Shown: positions 7,296 to 18,986 of the stretch, one piece after another
How the letters are laid out: the number at the start of each line of letters is the position of its first letter
Numbering within the stretch: position 1 is the first letter of the stretch
DNA from: Kiloniellaceae bacterium
GTDB taxonomy: Bacteria > Pseudomonadota > Alphaproteobacteria > Kiloniellales > Kiloniellaceae
Assembly: GCA_050290145.1 (NCBI GenBank)
Contig: JBNKHC010000307.1
Location: 2,772-66,771, forward strand
Direction of reading: 5' to 3'
DNA: 64,000 bases
Translations under genes and position numbers: made by a program
The notes under the pieces: model-generated
What the model saw: the letters and a program-made list of their open reading frames with translations, nothing else
What the model was told of the DNA's origin: nothing
Databases searched by the model: none

Positions 7296-9674
7296 TTATC
7301 GCTTGCGGCCGGCGCTTCCCTTGCGCCCGCTCTTACCCGCTTTGCCACCCTTGGCCTTCCTAGCCCCGCTTTGTGGCTTTTTTCGGGAGCTCTTGGCGAG
7401 CCGCTTCCTGGGCGCCTTTTGCGTGGCATTTTTCGCGGATTCGCTGGGTTTTCGGAGGGTTTCCGGCGCTTCTTCGGAGTCGTCGAGGGCGAGGATGAGG
7501 CCGCCGGTCATGGGCTCGGCCTCGATCAGCCGGACCCGCAGGCGGTCGCCCAGGCGGTAGACCCGCCCCCAGCGTTCCCCCTCCAGGCTGTGGCGCGCCT
7601 CGATGTGCCGGTAGAAATCGTTCGGCAGGGTGCTGATGGGGATCAGGCCGTCGGCGCCGCTGTCGTCCAGGGTGACGAAAAGTCCGAAGCGGGTGACGCC
7701 GTTGATCCGCCCGGCGAAGGTGGCCCCGACCTGCTCCTGCAGGAAGGCGGCGGTGAAGCGGTCGACGGCATCGCGCTCAGCCGCCGCCGAGCTGCGCTCG
7801 GTCGAGCTGATATGGCCGCCCATCTCCTCGAACTGGACTTCGCTGCCCGGCAGCAGGCCGTCGTCGCCCAGCTTCAGGCCGGAGATCAGGGCCCGGTGCA
7901 CCAGCAGGTCGGCGTAACGCCGGATCGGCGAGGTGAAGTGGGCGTAGTGGGTGAGGGCAAGGCCGAAGTGGCCGATGTTCTCGGGGCTGTAGATGGCCTG
8001 GCTCTGGGCGCGCAGGATGAGGTCGTTAACCAGCGGCGCCTCGGCCTGGCCTTCGACCCTGGTCAGCAGGCGCGTCAGGTCGCGCGGGCGCACCACCTGG
8101 GCGGCGTTGAAGCGCAGGCCTAGGTCGCGCAGCACCTCCGCCAGGGCCGAGAGGCGCAAGGGGTCCGGCTTGTCGTGGACGCGGTACATGCAGGGCTGGC
8201 GCAGGCGCTCCAGCTCCTTGGCGGCGGCCACGTTGGCGGTGATCATGAACTCCTCGATCAGCCGGTGGCTGTCGAGGCGGGTGCGCGTTTCGATGGCCGC
8301 GACGCGGCCGTCCTCGGTGAGGCGGATCTTGCGCTCCGGCAGGTCGAGCTCCAGGGTGCCGCGGTCGTGGCGCGCCGCCAGCAGCGCCTCGAAGGCGCCG
8401 TAGAGGGAGGGCAGGATGGCCTCCAGCACCTCGCCGTTGTCGCCGCCCTTCCGGCCGTCGCGTGTCGCCTGAACCTCCTCATAAGTGAGGCGGGCGGCCG
8501 AGCGCATGAGGCCGCGCACGAACCTGTGGCGCAGCAGCTTGCCCTTGGCGTCGATCCAGAGGTGCACCGCCATGCAGGGGCGGTCCTCCCGCGGATTGAG
8601 CGAGCACCAGCCGTTGGAGAGCGCCTTGGGCAGCATCGGCAGCACGCGGTCGGGGAAGTAGGTCGAGTTGCCGCGCAGGTAGGCGGACTTGTCGAGGGCA
8701 CTGTCAGGCCGCACGTAGTGCGCCACGTCGGCAATGGCGACCAGCAGATGCCAGCCGCCCGGGTTCTTGTCGTCCTGGTCCGGCTCGGCGAAGACCGCGT
8801 CGTCGAAGTCACGGGCATCGGCGCCGTCGATGGTGACCAGCGGAACGTCGCGCAGGTCCTGGCGCCTGCCCAGCGGCGCCGCCTCCGCCGCCTCGGCCTC
8901 GGCCAGGGCCCTCTCCGGAAAGTCGCTGAGCAGGCCGTGCTCGTGCAGGGTGATGAGGCTCAGCGACTTGGGGTCGTCGCCGCGGCCCAAGCGCTCCGTG
9001 ACGCGCACGCTGCGCAGGCCAAGGCTGTCACGGCGCTGGCGCGTGGGCAGGATCTCCGCCAGCACCAGCTCGCCGGGCTGGGCCCCCTTGGCGTCGCTCT
9101 GGCGCAGGACAAAGTCCTTCTTGGCGCGCTTGTCGGTGGGGCGCAGGCGGCCACCCTCGCTGCCGAGCTCGTAGACGCCCAGCACGCGCTGCGGCGGCCG
9201 GTCCAGCTTGCGAATGATGTGCGCTTCGTAGGTGCCGTCTTCGACAAGCTGCAGGCGGACCAGCGCCCGCTCGCCCATGGCCAGGACGGCACGGCTGCGC
9301 TTGTCCGGCGCCACGTAGATGCGCGGCGGGGCGGCCTTGTCGTCGTCCCAGACGGCGGGGCGGGCCAGCAGTTCGCCGTCCTCGTCCATCTCCGTCACTT
9401 CGACCACCAGCACGTTGGGCAGGCGCCCGGGAGCGGAGAGGCGCCTGGCGGGCTGCTTTTCCAGCAGACCGTCCTGCTTCAATTCCTTCAGCAGCGCTTT
9501 CAGGCGGATGCGGTCGGCGCTGCCCTTGATGCGGAAGGCGCGCGCGACCTCGCGCTTGCCGACGGGCTCGCTGCTTTCATTGATGAAAGCGAGAACCTGT
9601 TCCTTGCTGGGGAAGGGGGCGGAGTGGGGCGCTTTCGGCTTTTTGGGGCCGGCCTTATCCTTCTTGGCGGCCAA
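7296..9674 (-). CDS. rnr: Ribonuclease R
   Basis: 792 aa with an RNB catalytic domain (TIDGADARDFDDAV...), a C-terminal S1 domain and a Lys/Arg-rich tail. Confidence 0.9.
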   Translation of the reverse strand: MAAKKDKAGPKKPKAPHSAPFPSKEQVLAFINESSEPVGKREVARAFRIKGSADRIRLKALLKELKQDGLLEKQPARRLSAPGRLPNVLVVEVTEMDEDGELLARPAVWDDDKAAPPRIYVAPDKRSRAVLAMGERALVRLQLVEDGTYEAHIIRKLDRPPQRVLGVYELGSEGGRLRPTDKRAKKDFVLRQSDAKGAQPGELVLAEILPTRQRRDSLGLRSVRVTERLGRGDDPKSLSLITLHEHGLLSDFPERALAEAEAAEAAPLGRRQDLRDVPLVTIDGADARDFDDAVFAEPDQDDKNPGGWHLLVAIADVAHYVRPDSALDKSAYLRGNSTYFPDRVLPMLPKALSNGWCSLNPREDRPCMAVHLWIDAKGKLLRHRFVRGLMRSAARLTYEEVQATRDGRKGGDNGEVLEAILPSLYGAFEALLAARHDRGTLELDLPERKIRLTEDGRVAAIETRTRLDSHRLIEEFMITANVAAAKELERLRQPCMYRVHDKPDPLRLSALAEVLRDLGLRFNAAQVVRPRDLTRLLTRVEGQAEAPLVNDLILRAQSQAIYSPENIGHFGLALTHYAHFTSPIRRYADLLVHRALISGLKLGDDGLLPGSEVQFEEMGGHISSTERSSAAAERDAVDRFTAAFLQEQVGATFAGRINGVTRFGLFVTLDDSGADGLIPISTLPNDFYRHIEARHSLEGERWGRVYRLGDRLRVRLIEAEPMTGGLILALDDSEEAPETLRKPSESAKNATQKAPRKRLAKSSRKKPQSGARKAKGGKAGKSGRKGSAGRKR

Positions 9675-9675
9675 G

Positions 9676-12387
9676 TCAGTCGGCCGCCGTTTCGTCGGCG
9701 GGTTTTTCCTTGGGCGCGGCTTTCTTCGCCGTGGCCTTCTTGCTCGCAGACTTCTTGCTCGCAGACTTCTTGGTCGCCTTCTTCTTCGTGGCGGCCTTCT
9801 TCTTGGTCGCCTTTTTCTTGGTGGCCTTCTTCTTCGCGGCCTTCTTGGCGGTGCCGGCCTTGGCGGCTTTCTTCTCGGCCTGGGCCTTCAGCAACTCCAG
9901 CGCCTGCTCCAGCGTCACGGTCTCGGGATCGATGTCGGCCGGGATGGTGGCGTAGAGCTTGCCGTGCTTCACGTAGGGTCCGAAGCGACCCTTGCCCTGG
10001 CTGACCACCTTGCCGTCCTCGGGGTGCTCGCCGATCTGGCGGCCTGCGGCACGGCGCTGGGGCGCCTCGGCGATCAGGGCAACCGCTCGGTTCAGGCCGA
10101 CGGTCAGGACATCGTCGCCCTCGGTCAGGGAGCGGTAGATGGAGCCGTGCTTTACGTAGGGGCCGTAGCGGCCGATGCCGGCGGTGATCGGCTTGCCGTC
10201 GTCGGGATGCGGGCCGATCTCACGCGGCAGCGCCAGCAGGGCGAGGCCGGTCTGCAGGTCGAGTTCCGCCGGGGCCATGTTCTTCGGCAGGGAGGCGCGC
10301 TTCGGCTTTTCGTCGCCTTCCGCCTCGCCGAGCTGCAGGTAGACGCCGAAGGGACCCTTGCGCAGGGTGACCTGCTTGCCGCTCTCCGGATCGTCGCCCA
10401 GCACCTTGGGGCTGGTCAGGTCGATGCCGTGGTCTTCCTCGGCGCCGGGCACGGCCAGTGGCCGGGTGTAGCGGCACTCGGGATAGTTGGAGCAGCCGAT
10501 GAAGCCGCCGTTGCGCCCCAGGCGCAGACCGAGGCGGCCCTCCTTGCAGGACGGGCAGGCGCGCGGATCGACCCCCGGCTTTTCCGTATCGGCCGGGAAG
10601 AAGTGCGGGCCGAGGTCTTCGTCCAGCGCGTCGATGACCTGGGTAATGGAAAGGTCGCTCGCGCCTTCGACTGAAGTGTGGAAGGCTTCCCAGAAATCGC
10701 GTAGCACGCGGCGCCAGTCGATGCGCCCGCCGGAGATGTCGTCGAGCTTCTCCTCCATCTCGGCGGTGAAGTTGTACTGCACGTAGCGTTCGAAGAAGCT
10801 GGCGAGAAAAGCGACGACCAGGCGGCCGCGGTCTTCCGGAATGAAACGGCGGCGGTCGAGACGCACGTAGTTGCGGTCCTGCAGCACCTGCAGGATGGAG
10901 GCGTAGGTGGAAGGGCGGCCGATGCCCAGCTCCTCCATCTTCTTCACCAGGCTCGCTTCGCTGTAGCGCGGCGGCGGCTGGGTGAAGTGCTGTTCCGGCA
11001 GGATCTCTTCGCGCTTGACCGCGTCGCCCTCGTTGAGCTTGGGCAGGCGGCGGTCGCCGGCCTTGCCGTTTTCCTCGTCGCCTTCCTTGTCGTCGCTGCT
11101 TTCCTGATAGAGCTTCAGGAAGCCGTCGAAGGTGACGATGGAACCGGTGGCGCGCAGTTGCGCGACGCCGCGGTCCACGTCGATGTCGACGGCCACCTGG
11201 TCCAGCTCGGCGCTGGCCATCTGGCAGGCCACCGTGCGGTTCCAGATCAGCTCGTAGAGCTTCAGCCCGTCGCTGTCCAGGTAGGCGCGCATCTCCTTCG
11301 GGCGCCGGGCGACGTCGGTGGGACGGATCGCCTCGTGGGCTTCCTGGGCGTTCTTCTGCTTCGACTTGTACTGGCGCGGCGCCGAGGGCAGATAGGCGTC
11401 GCCGTAGTCGGAGGAGATCAGCGCGCGGGTACCGTCCAGGGCCTCCTGCGCCATGGTCACGCCGTCGGTACGCATATAGGTGATGAGACCTACGGTCTCG
11501 CCGCCGATGTCGATACCTTCGTAGAGCTTCTGCGCCACCCGCATGGTGCGCGTCGCCCCGAATCCGAGTTTGCGCGAGGCTTCCTGCTGCAGGGTCGAGG
11601 TGGTGAAAGGCGGGTAGGGGTTGCGCTTGGTCTGCTTGCGCTCGACCTGGGCCACGGCGAGACGGCTCGCGGCCTCCAGCTTCCGCACCGCCGCCTTGGC
11701 GCTGGCTTCGTCGGGAAGGTCGAACTTGTCGAGCTTCTTGCCGTCGAGCTGCGTCAGGCGCGCGGTGAAGGGCGCGCCCTCGGCGTTCAGCAGCTTGGCC
11801 TCGATGGTCCAGTACTCTTGCGGCTTGAAGGCCTCGATCTCGGCTTCGCGCTCGCAGATGAGGCGCAGCGCCACCGACTGCACGCGGCCCGCCGAGCGGC
11901 TGCCGGGCAGCTTGCGCCACAGCACCGGGGAGAGGGTGAAGCCCACCAGGTAGTCCAGCGCGCGGCGCGCCATGTAGGCGTCGATCAGTTCCTGGTTCAG
12001 GTGGCGCGGATGCTCAAAAGCCTCGACGATCGCCTTCTTGGTGATCTCGTTGAAGACCACGCGCTCGACGTCGACCCCTTCCAGCACGTTACGGCGCTTC
12101 AGTTCGTCGACGATGTGCCAGGAAATCGCCTCGCCTTCGCGATCCGGGTCGGTCGCGAGATAGAGGTGCTTGCTGTTCTTCACCGCCTCGGCGATCTCGC
12201 GCAGGCGCTTCTCGCCGCGCTCGTCGACCTGCCAGCTCATGGAGAAGTCTTCGTCGGGGCGCACCGAACCATCCTTGGGCGGCAGATCGCGCACGTGCCC
12301 GTAGCTGGCGAGAACGTGGTAGTCCTGACCCAGGTACTTGTTGATGGTTTTCGCCTTAGCGGGCGATTCGACGACGACGACGTTCAT
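9676..12387 (-). CDS. topA: DNA topoisomerase I with a Lys/Ala-rich C-terminal tail
   Basis: 903 aa with a TOPRIM start (MNVVVVESPAKAKTINKYLG), the active-site region, zinc-ribbon repeats, and a KKAAKKKATKKKATKKK tail that explains the low-complexity DNA at about 9700-9860. Confidence 0.95.
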   Translation of the reverse strand: MNVVVVESPAKAKTINKYLGQDYHVLASYGHVRDLPPKDGSVRPDEDFSMSWQVDERGEKRLREIAEAVKNSKHLYLATDPDREGEAISWHIVDELKRRNVLEGVDVERVVFNEITKKAIVEAFEHPRHLNQELIDAYMARRALDYLVGFTLSPVLWRKLPGSRSAGRVQSVALRLICEREAEIEAFKPQEYWTIEAKLLNAEGAPFTARLTQLDGKKLDKFDLPDEASAKAAVRKLEAASRLAVAQVERKQTKRNPYPPFTTSTLQQEASRKLGFGATRTMRVAQKLYEGIDIGGETVGLITYMRTDGVTMAQEALDGTRALISSDYGDAYLPSAPRQYKSKQKNAQEAHEAIRPTDVARRPKEMRAYLDSDGLKLYELIWNRTVACQMASAELDQVAVDIDVDRGVAQLRATGSIVTFDGFLKLYQESSDDKEGDEENGKAGDRRLPKLNEGDAVKREEILPEQHFTQPPPRYSEASLVKKMEELGIGRPSTYASILQVLQDRNYVRLDRRRFIPEDRGRLVVAFLASFFERYVQYNFTAEMEEKLDDISGGRIDWRRVLRDFWEAFHTSVEGASDLSITQVIDALDEDLGPHFFPADTEKPGVDPRACPSCKEGRLGLRLGRNGGFIGCSNYPECRYTRPLAVPGAEEDHGIDLTSPKVLGDDPESGKQVTLRKGPFGVYLQLGEAEGDEKPKRASLPKNMAPAELDLQTGLALLALPREIGPHPDDGKPITAGIGRYGPYVKHGSIYRSLTEGDDVLTVGLNRAVALIAEAPQRRAAGRQIGEHPEDGKVVSQGKGRFGPYVKHGKLYATIPADIDPETVTLEQALELLKAQAEKKAAKAGTAKKAAKKKATKKKATKKKAATKKKATKKSASKKSASKKATAKKAAPKEKPADETAAD

Positions 12388-12512
12388 GTGGGGCGGATGA
12401 TTCGCTCAGTTTGTTACCAAGTTCCTAATGGGAGCTGAAAGCTTCCGAACAGTTCCCCTAGATGGGGCGCGACGGCTCCCGGTCAACAGCGCCGGGTCAA
12501 CAGGGCTTGCCG

Positions 12513-13658
12513 TCATAAAGGGTCGGCGGGGGCTTTGTAAAGCCGCGCAAATCGGTTGCCGGGGTGACGCTCGACCCTTCCGGCCAGCTCCAACTCCAGC
12601 AAAACCCCATGCACGACGGCGACGGGCAGGCCGCTGAGACGCACCAGGTCATCAACCAGAATGGGGTCTGCCCCGAGCAGTTCTTCAATGTCCGCGCGCT
12701 CCGAAGGGGCGGCTTCTGGCGCCGGCGCGACCGCCTGATCGAATCCCCCGTCCCCTTCGGCGGGACGCCGCAGGGCGCCGAGGGCGGCGAGAATGTCGGC
12801 GGCGGATTCGATCAGGGTGGCGCCGTCGCGCAGCAGCTGGTTGCAGCCGGCGGCGCGCGGGTCCAGCGGCGAGCCGGGCACGGCGAAGACCTCGCGCCCC
12901 TGGTCGCCGGCGTAGCGCGCGGTGATGAGGGAGCCGGAGCGTTTTGCCGCCTCCACCACCGCCACACCGAGGGAAAGCCCGGAGATGAGGCGGTTGCGGC
13001 GCGGGAAGTGGCGCGCCTGGGGCGTGGTGCCCAGCGGCACCTCGGAGATGACGGCGCCGCGCTCGCGGATCTCGGCGTGGAGGGCCTCGTTCTCCGGCGG
13101 ATAGATAATGTCGACGCCGCCGGCCAGCACCGCCACCGTGGGACGGGGCAGGGCACCGCGGTGAGCGGCGGTGTCGATGCCGCGGGCCATGCCGGAGGTG
13201 ACGGCCAGCCCGGCCGCGGCGATGTCCGCGGCCAGGCGCCCGGCGAAGCGCCGGCCGTTGGCCGAGGCGTTGCGCGCGCCGACGATGCCCAGGGAGTCCA
13301 GAGCGAGCGCTGCCGGGTCGCCGAGGACGCAGAGCAGCGGCGGGGCGTCGTCCAAGGTCTTGAGCAGAGCGGGATAGGCGGGCTCGCAGAGGGCGAGGAG
13401 GCGTACGCCGGCCCTGGCGGCGGCTTCGGCCTCCGCTTCCGCCTCGGCCGGTGGACAGACGCGGATCCTGCGCCTGGCCCCGGCGCGCCGGGCCAGCTCC
13501 GGCAGCGCCTCCAGGGCCGCCGCCGGGTTGCCGTAGCGCTCCAGCAACTGGCGGAAGACGACTGGACCGACGTTCTCCGAGCGGATGAGGCGCAGCCAGT
13601 CGAGGCGCGCGGCATCGGTCAGGGAATCTCTTCCGGGTTTAATTTCGTCTCCGGACAT
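12513..13658 (-). CDS. dprA: DNA-processing protein DprA (Smf)
   Basis: 381 aa with a Rossmann-like DprA core ([11 protein letters not shown]...[12 protein letters not shown]...VLAGGVD..YP) and a C-terminal winged-helix domain. Confidence 0.9.
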   Translation of the reverse strand: MSGDEIKPGRDSLTDAARLDWLRLIRSENVGPVVFRQLLERYGNPAAALEALPELARRAGARRRIRVCPPAEAEAEAEAAARAGVRLLALCEPAYPALLKTLDDAPPLLCVLGDPAALALDSLGIVGARNASANGRRFAGRLAADIAAAGLAVTSGMARGIDTAAHRGALPRPTVAVLAGGVDIIYPPENEALHAEIRERGAVISEVPLGTTPQARHFPRRNRLISGLSLGVAVVEAAKRSGSLITARYAGDQGREVFAVPGSPLDPRAAGCNQLLRDGATLIESAADILAALGALRRPAEGDGGFDQAVAPAPEAAPSERADIEELLGADPILVDDLVRLSGLPVAVVHGVLLELELAGRVERHPGNRFARLYKAPADPL

Positions 13659-13720
13659 CGCCTTAAAATCGTCATGCCCGGCGGCTCAGGTCAAGCTTTT
13701 CGCGAGGGCCCGGCCGAAAG

Positions 13721-14341
13721 TCACTCTTTCTTCCGGCCGATCTTGGACTCCTGGCCGGTCAGCAGGCGGCGGATGTTCTGGTGGTGGCGCAGCCACACCA
13801 GGAGGGCGAGGACGGCGGTTAGCTGGACCATCTGCAGGTCGCCCAGGATGAACCAGCTCAGCACCGGCGCGGCGCCGAGCGACAGCAGGGCGGCCAGGGA
13901 GGAATAGCGGGTGGTGAAGGCCACCAGCAGCCAGAGGGCGCAGCAGGCGGCGCCCAGCGGCAGCGAGAGTGCCAGCAGCACGCCGAGGGTGGTGGCCACG
14001 CCCTTGCCGCCCTTGAACCCCAGCCAGACAGGGAAGAGGTGGCCCAGCACCGCGCCGAAGGCGGCGGTGATCGCCATGTCCGGGCCCCACAGCTGGGCGA
14101 TGAGCACCGCCGCGGCGCCCTTGCCGCCGTCCAGCAGCAGGGTGGCGGCGGCCAGGCCCTTGCGCCCGGTGCGCAGCACGTTGGTAGCGCCGATGTTGCC
14201 GGAGCCGATCTGGCGCACGTCGCCCAGTCCGGCCAATCTGGTCAGCAGCAGGCCGAAGGGGATGGACCCCAGCAGGTAGCCGCCAATCAAAGCGGTGGTG
14301 ATGTAGGGCCAAGCGTATTCCCAGGAGATCGGATCGGGCAT
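13721..14341 (-). CDS. plsY: Glycerol-3-phosphate acyltransferase PlsY
   Basis: 206-aa multi-TM protein with the [13 protein letters not shown] and FKGGKGVAT motifs. Confidence 0.9.
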   Translation of the reverse strand: MPDPISWEYAWPYITTALIGGYLLGSIPFGLLLTRLAGLGDVRQIGSGNIGATNVLRTGRKGLAAATLLLDGGKGAAAVLIAQLWGPDMAITAAFGAVLGHLFPVWLGFKGGKGVATTLGVLLALSLPLGAACCALWLLVAFTTRYSSLAALLSLGAAPVLSWFILGDLQMVQLTAVLALLVWLRHHQNIRRLLTGQESKIGRKKE

Positions 14342-14358
14342 GTCGTCTCCCGGGGCCG

Positions 14359-15681
14359 TCAGGCCGCTTCGAAGAGGGCGCGGCCGTCGACCACGGTGCG
14401 GGCGACGCGGCCCTGCACCGGCAGGCCCTCGAAGGGGCTGTTCTTGGATTTGCTCTCGAAGCTGTCGGGCTCGATCTTCCAGGAAAGGTCCGGCTTGAAG
14501 ATCATCAGGTCGGCGGGCGCGCCCTTGGCCAGGCGGCCGGCGTCGAGGCCCAGGATCTCCGCCGGCTTCACCGTCAGGTGGGCGAGCAGGTCGAGCAGGC
14601 CGGCCTTACCCCAGTGGTAGAGCTGCAGGGAGAGCGGCAGCAGGGTCTCCAGGCCGACGATGCCCGGCTCGGCGTTGGCGAAGGGCAGGCGCTTGGACTC
14701 CTGGTCGTGCGGACTGTGATCGCTGGCGATGGCGTCGATGGTGCCGTCGGCGACGCCCTCGAGGATAGCCAGGCGGTCGTCCTCGCTGCGCAGCGGCGGC
14801 GAGACCTTGGCGAAGGTGCGGTACTCGCCGACGGCCAGCTCGTTGAGGGCGAAGTAGTGCGGGGCGGTATCGCAGGTCACGTCGAGGCCGCGGTCCTTGG
14901 CGCGGCGGATGGCCTCCACGCTCTCGGCGGTGGAGACGTGAGCGACGTGGTAGCGCCCGCCGGTCATCTCGACCAGGCGCAGGTCGCGCTCGATCATCAT
15001 CACCTCGGCCAGCTTGGGAATGCCGGGCAGGCCGAGGCGGGTGGCCAGCTCGCCGCCGTTCATCGCGCCGCCGCCGCAAAGGCTCGGCTCCTCCGGGTGC
15101 TGCACGATGAGGTGGCCGAAGGTCTTGGCGTAGGCGAGGGCGCGGCGCATGACCTGGGCGTCCGCCACCGGCTTCAGCCCGTCGGTGAAGGCGACGGCAC
15201 CGCTCTCGGCGAGCAGGCCCATCTCGGTCAGCTCACTGCCCTCCAGGTTCCTGGTCAGGGCGGCATAGGTGTAGACCTTCACACCCTTCGCCTCGCGGGC
15301 GCGCCGGGCGATGAACTCGACGCCGGCGACGTCGTCGATCACCGGGTCGGTGTTGGGCAGGCCGACCATGGAGGTGATGCCGCCGGCGGCGGCGGCGCGC
15401 CCGGCGCTGTCCATGGTCTCCTTGTGCTCCTCGCCGGGCTCGCGGATCTGCACGCGCATGTCGACCAGGCCCGGCGCCAGGCAGGCGCCGCCGCAGTCGA
15501 CCCGCTGCGCGCCCTCCGGCACGCCGTCCTTGAAGAGGTCGGGGCCCAGGTCGGTGATCTTGCCGTCCTCGGCCAGCAGGCCGCCGGGGGCGTCCAGGCC
15601 GCTGGCGGGATCCAGCAGGCGGGCGTTGACGTAGGCGGTGCGGTGCTTGGGCGGGAGAACGGTCACTGGATCTTTACTCAC
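14359..15681 (-). CDS. pyrC: Dihydroorotase (amidohydrolase, class I type)
   Basis: 440-aa amidohydrolase fold. Its start overlaps the pyrB stop by 4 nt. Confidence 0.85.
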   Translation of the reverse strand: MSKDPVTVLPPKHRTAYVNARLLDPASGLDAPGGLLAEDGKITDLGPDLFKDGVPEGAQRVDCGGACLAPGLVDMRVQIREPGEEHKETMDSAGRAAAAGGITSMVGLPNTDPVIDDVAGVEFIARRAREAKGVKVYTYAALTRNLEGSELTEMGLLAESGAVAFTDGLKPVADAQVMRRALAYAKTFGHLIVQHPEEPSLCGGGAMNGGELATRLGLPGIPKLAEVMMIERDLRLVEMTGGRYHVAHVSTAESVEAIRRAKDRGLDVTCDTAPHYFALNELAVGEYRTFAKVSPPLRSEDDRLAILEGVADGTIDAIASDHSPHDQESKRLPFANAEPGIVGLETLLPLSLQLYHWGKAGLLDLLAHLTVKPAEILGLDAGRLAKGAPADLMIFKPDLSWKIEPDSFESKSKNSPFEGLPVQGRVARTVVDGRALFEAA

Positions 15682-16670
15682 TGGGCAGCCTGTTCCTGCT
15701 GGCTGCGCTCGGCATGCAGGTTGTGGTTCAGGGTCTCGAGGCAGGCCATGCGCACGGCCACGCCCATCTCCACCTGCTCGCGGATCACCGAGCGGTGGAT
15801 GTCGTCGGCCAGCTCGCTGTCGATCTCGACACCGCGGTTCATCGGTCCGGGGTGCATGATCAGGGCGTTAGGCTTGGCGGCCTGCAACTTTTCCTGGTCG
15901 AGCCCGAAGAAGTGGAAGTACTCGCGGGTCGAGGGCACGTAGCTGCCCTGCATGCGCTCGGTCTGCAGGCGCAGCATCATGACGATGTCGCAGTCCTTGA
16001 GACCTTTGCGCATGTCCGAGAAGGTCTCGACGCCCATGCGGTCGATCTGGCCGGGCATCAGCGTCGGCGGCGCGATGAGCCGGACCCGCGCGCCCATGGT
16101 GGTGAGCAGGTGGATGTTGGAGCGGGCGACGCGGCTGTGGGCGATGTCGCCGCAGATGGCGATCTGGAGCCCCTCGATGGCGCCCAGGCGGCGGCGGATG
16201 GTGAGGGCGTCGAGCAGGGCCTGGGTCGGGTGCTCGTGGCTGCCGTCGCCGCCGTTGATGACGGCGCAGTTCATCTTTTCGGCCAGCAGGTGCACGGCGC
16301 CGGAATCCGGGTGGCGGACCACCAGCACGTCGGGGTGCATGGCGTTCAGCGTCATGGCCGTGTCGATGAGCGTTTCGCCCTTCTTGATCGACGACCAGGC
16401 CACCGACATGTTGATGACGTCGGCACCGAGGCGCTTCGCAGCCAACTCGAAGGACGTGCGCGTACGCGTTGAACTTTCGAAGAAAAGATTGATGACCGTG
16501 CGGCCGGCCAAGAGGTCTTTCTTCTTGTCGGCGCCGCGGTTGAGGGCGACGTAGCCGTCCGAGAGGTCGAGAATAAAGAGGATTTCGCTCGCCGTCAGCC
16601 CCTCGATACCAAGGAGGTGACGGTGCCGGTAGCCTTCGTAGGAGGCCGTCGTGCCGTGGGTCGAAGTCAT
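15678..16670 (-). CDS. pyrB: Aspartate carbamoyltransferase catalytic subunit
   Basis: 330 aa with the STRTR carbamoyl-phosphate motif ([13 protein letters not shown]), HPTQ and PGPMNRG. Confidence 0.95.
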   Translation of the reverse strand: MTSTHGTTASYEGYRHRHLLGIEGLTASEILFILDLSDGYVALNRGADKKKDLLAGRTVINLFFESSTRTRTSFELAAKRLGADVINMSVAWSSIKKGETLIDTAMTLNAMHPDVLVVRHPDSGAVHLLAEKMNCAVINGGDGSHEHPTQALLDALTIRRRLGAIEGLQIAICGDIAHSRVARSNIHLLTTMGARVRLIAPPTLMPGQIDRMGVETFSDMRKGLKDCDIVMMLRLQTERMQGSYVPSTREYFHFFGLDQEKLQAAKPNALIMHPGPMNRGVEIDSELADDIHRSVIREQVEMGVAVRMACLETLNHNLHAERSQQEQAAQ

Positions 16671-16752
16671 TAAAGCCGTGTTATGACACCGCCCTTGCCC
16701 GGCGGCAAGCGGCAGTCTGCCACCTGCGGGACAAAGGCCATGGGTAAGTCGC

Positions 16753-17970
16753 CTAAATGATGCCTTTTCCGCGCAGTTGGGCGCGTTCCTGCGGGCTCAT
16801 GTCGAGCAGCTCCTCGAGCACCGCATCGCTGTCCTGGCCGGCGCGCGGCGGGGCGAATCGGTACTCCACCGGCGTCTCGGAGAACTTGATCGGGTTGCCG
16901 ATGAGGTCGACCTTGCCGTTCTTGCTGCCGCGGTAGGGCATGGAGATCTTCATGTCGCGGGCCAGCACCTGGGGGTCGGCGAAGACCTGGTCCAGGGTAT
17001 TCACCGGGCCGGCCGGCACCGCCAGCTCGGCGAGGCCGTCGACCCAGAACTTCTGGGTCTTCTGCTGGGTTATCTCGGGCAGCAGCTCGTAGAGGGCGGT
17101 GCGGTTGCGCACCCGGTCGGCGTTGGTCCTGAAGCGTTCGTCCTGGGCCAGCTCCGGGCAGTCGGCGAACTCGCAGAAGCGCTGGAACTGGCGGTCGTTG
17201 CCCACGGCCAGGATGAAGTAGCCGTCGGCGCAGGGCATCACCTTATAAGGGACGATATTGGGGTGCTCGCTGCCCTGGCGCTTGGGCACCTCGCCGGAGG
17301 TCAGGTAGTTGAGGCCCTCGTAGGTCAGCCAGGCCACCTGGCTGTCGAGCAGGCCGAGGTCGATGTGCTGGCCCAGGCCCGTCATGCCGCGGTAGTGCAG
17401 GGCCGCCAGGATGGCGCTCACCGCGTACATGCCGCACATGATGTCGGCAATGCCGACGCCGACCTTCACCGGCTCGCCCTCGGGCTCGCCGGTCAGGCTC
17501 ATGATGCCGCCCATGCCCTGGGCCAGGTAGTCGTAGCCGGCGCGCGGAGCATAGGGCCCCGTCTGGCCGAAGCCGGTGATCGAGCAGTAGATCAGCCCCG
17601 GATAGCGGTCCTTGAGGTCCTCGTAGCCCAGGCCGTACTTGGCCAGGCCACCGACCTTGAAGTTCTCCACCAGGATGTCGCAGAAGCCGATGAGGTCGCG
17701 GGCGAGCGCCTGGCCCTCGGGCTTGGAGATGTCGATGGAGACCGAGCGCTTGTTGCGGTTGGCGGAGAGGAAGTAGGCGCTCTCCGTCGTGTCCTCGCCG
17801 TCCGGGCCGGGCACGAAGGGCGGGCCCCACTTGCGGGTGTCGTCGCCCTGGCCGGGCCGTTCGATCTTGATCACTTCGGCGCCGAGGTCGCCGAGAAGCT
17901 GGGTCGCGGTCGGGCCGGCCAGGATGCGTGTCAGGTCAAAGACCCTGAGGCCGGAAAGCGGAGCGGTCAT
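16753..17970 (-). CDS. CaiB/BaiF family (class III) CoA-transferase
   Basis: 405 aa with the typical start [33 protein letters not shown]. Confidence 0.85.
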   Translation of the reverse strand: MTAPLSGLRVFDLTRILAGPTATQLLGDLGAEVIKIERPGQGDDTRKWGPPFVPGPDGEDTTESAYFLSANRNKRSVSIDISKPEGQALARDLIGFCDILVENFKVGGLAKYGLGYEDLKDRYPGLIYCSITGFGQTGPYAPRAGYDYLAQGMGGIMSLTGEPEGEPVKVGVGIADIMCGMYAVSAILAALHYRGMTGLGQHIDLGLLDSQVAWLTYEGLNYLTSGEVPKRQGSEHPNIVPYKVMPCADGYFILAVGNDRQFQRFCEFADCPELAQDERFRTNADRVRNRTALYELLPEITQQKTQKFWVDGLAELAVPAGPVNTLDQVFADPQVLARDMKISMPYRGSKNGKVDLIGNPIKFSETPVEYRFAPPRAGQDSDAVLEELLDMSPQERAQLRGKGII

Positions 17971-18057
17971 CGGGCGGGAATCCCATGCGGCGATACAGGC
18001 TGCCCTGGGTTTTGCCGCTCCAGGCGCGGGCGGTCAAGTGCCGCCGCTGGAAGGGTG

Positions 18058-18981
18058 TCAGATGATGAAGAGCACCAGCAGCGGCAGCGTCACCGCGGCC
18101 ACAAGGGCCTGCACGGTCAGGATGTTGGCGACCAGCCCCGGCGCACCGCCCATCTGGCGGGCGAGGATATAGGACGAGGTGGCGGCGGGCAGGGCGTTGA
18201 AAATGACGGCGACGGTGAGCGGCAGGCCGTGGACGCCCAGCAGCAGGCAGAAGCCGGCGGTGAGCAGCGGCAGGCCCGCGAGCTTGAGCGCCACGGCGGA
18301 GACGACCCAGCCGCCGCTGGTCCGGGCGGCGCTCAAATCGAGCCCGGCGCCGACCGCCAGCAGGGCCAGCGGCAGGGCGGCGCGGGCGAGGATGGTCAGT
18401 GTCTCGCCGGCGACCGGCGGCAGGCCGAGGCCGCTGAGGTTCAGCGCCAGGCCCAGCAGACAGGCGAGGATCAGCGGATTCTTCAGCATGGACCGCAGGA
18501 GGCCCGGCCCCGACCTCGCGGTTCCCGGGGCGCGCGCGCCGAAGCGCAGCAGGGCGGCGATGCTGACCACATTCACCGCCGGCACCACCACGGCGACGGC
18601 CAGGGCGGCGATGGCGAGGCCGGTCTCGCCGTAGAGGGCGAAGGGGATGGAGAGGCCGATGTAGCTGTTGGGCCGAATCGAGGTCTGCAGCACCGCCGTG
18701 ACGGCCGGACCGTTCTTGCGGGTGACGAGCTGGAAGGCGACCAGCAGGGCGGTCATGGCGGCGATGGCCAGAAGAACGGCGCCGGCCATGGCGGCGGCGG
18801 GCAGGGCCGAGAAGTCGGCGCGGGCCAGCGTGGTGACGAGCAGCGCCGGCAGCAGGAAGAGGTAGGTGAGTCGCTCGGCCGGCTCCCAGAAGCCGGCGGG
18901 GAGCCAGCCGCGCCGCCGGATGACGTAGCCCAGCAGGATCAGCAGGAAGACCGGCAGGACGGCGGTGGCGAGGGCCTGCAT
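18058..18981 (-). CDS. AEC (auxin efflux carrier) family transporter
   Basis: 307-aa polytopic membrane protein with an AEC-like N-terminus (VLPVFLLILLGYVIRR). Confidence 0.8.
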   Translation of the reverse strand: MQALATAVLPVFLLILLGYVIRRRGWLPAGFWEPAERLTYLFLLPALLVTTLARADFSALPAAAMAGAVLLAIAAMTALLVAFQLVTRKNGPAVTAVLQTSIRPNSYIGLSIPFALYGETGLAIAALAVAVVVPAVNVVSIAALLRFGARAPGTARSGPGLLRSMLKNPLILACLLGLALNLSGLGLPPVAGETLTILARAALPLALLAVGAGLDLSAARTSGGWVVSAVALKLAGLPLLTAGFCLLLGVHGLPLTVAVIFNALPAATSSYILARQMGGAPGLVANILTVQALVAAVTLPLLVLFII

Positions 18982-18986
18982 GGGGC

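Noticed and set aside
9690-9860. Short periodic repeats (cttctt/ggcctt units) that could be mistaken for a tandem repeat or CRISPR-like array.
   Set aside because: They sit inside the topA reading frame and encode its Lys/Ala-rich C-terminal tail (KKAAKKKATKKK...). There is no repeat-spacer structure.
12481-12503. Direct repeat ggtcaacag-N5-ggtcaacag between dprA and topA.
   Set aside because: Read on the minus strand it contains two TTGAC -35-like hexamers, so it may simply reflect tandem topA promoters. It is too short to support more.
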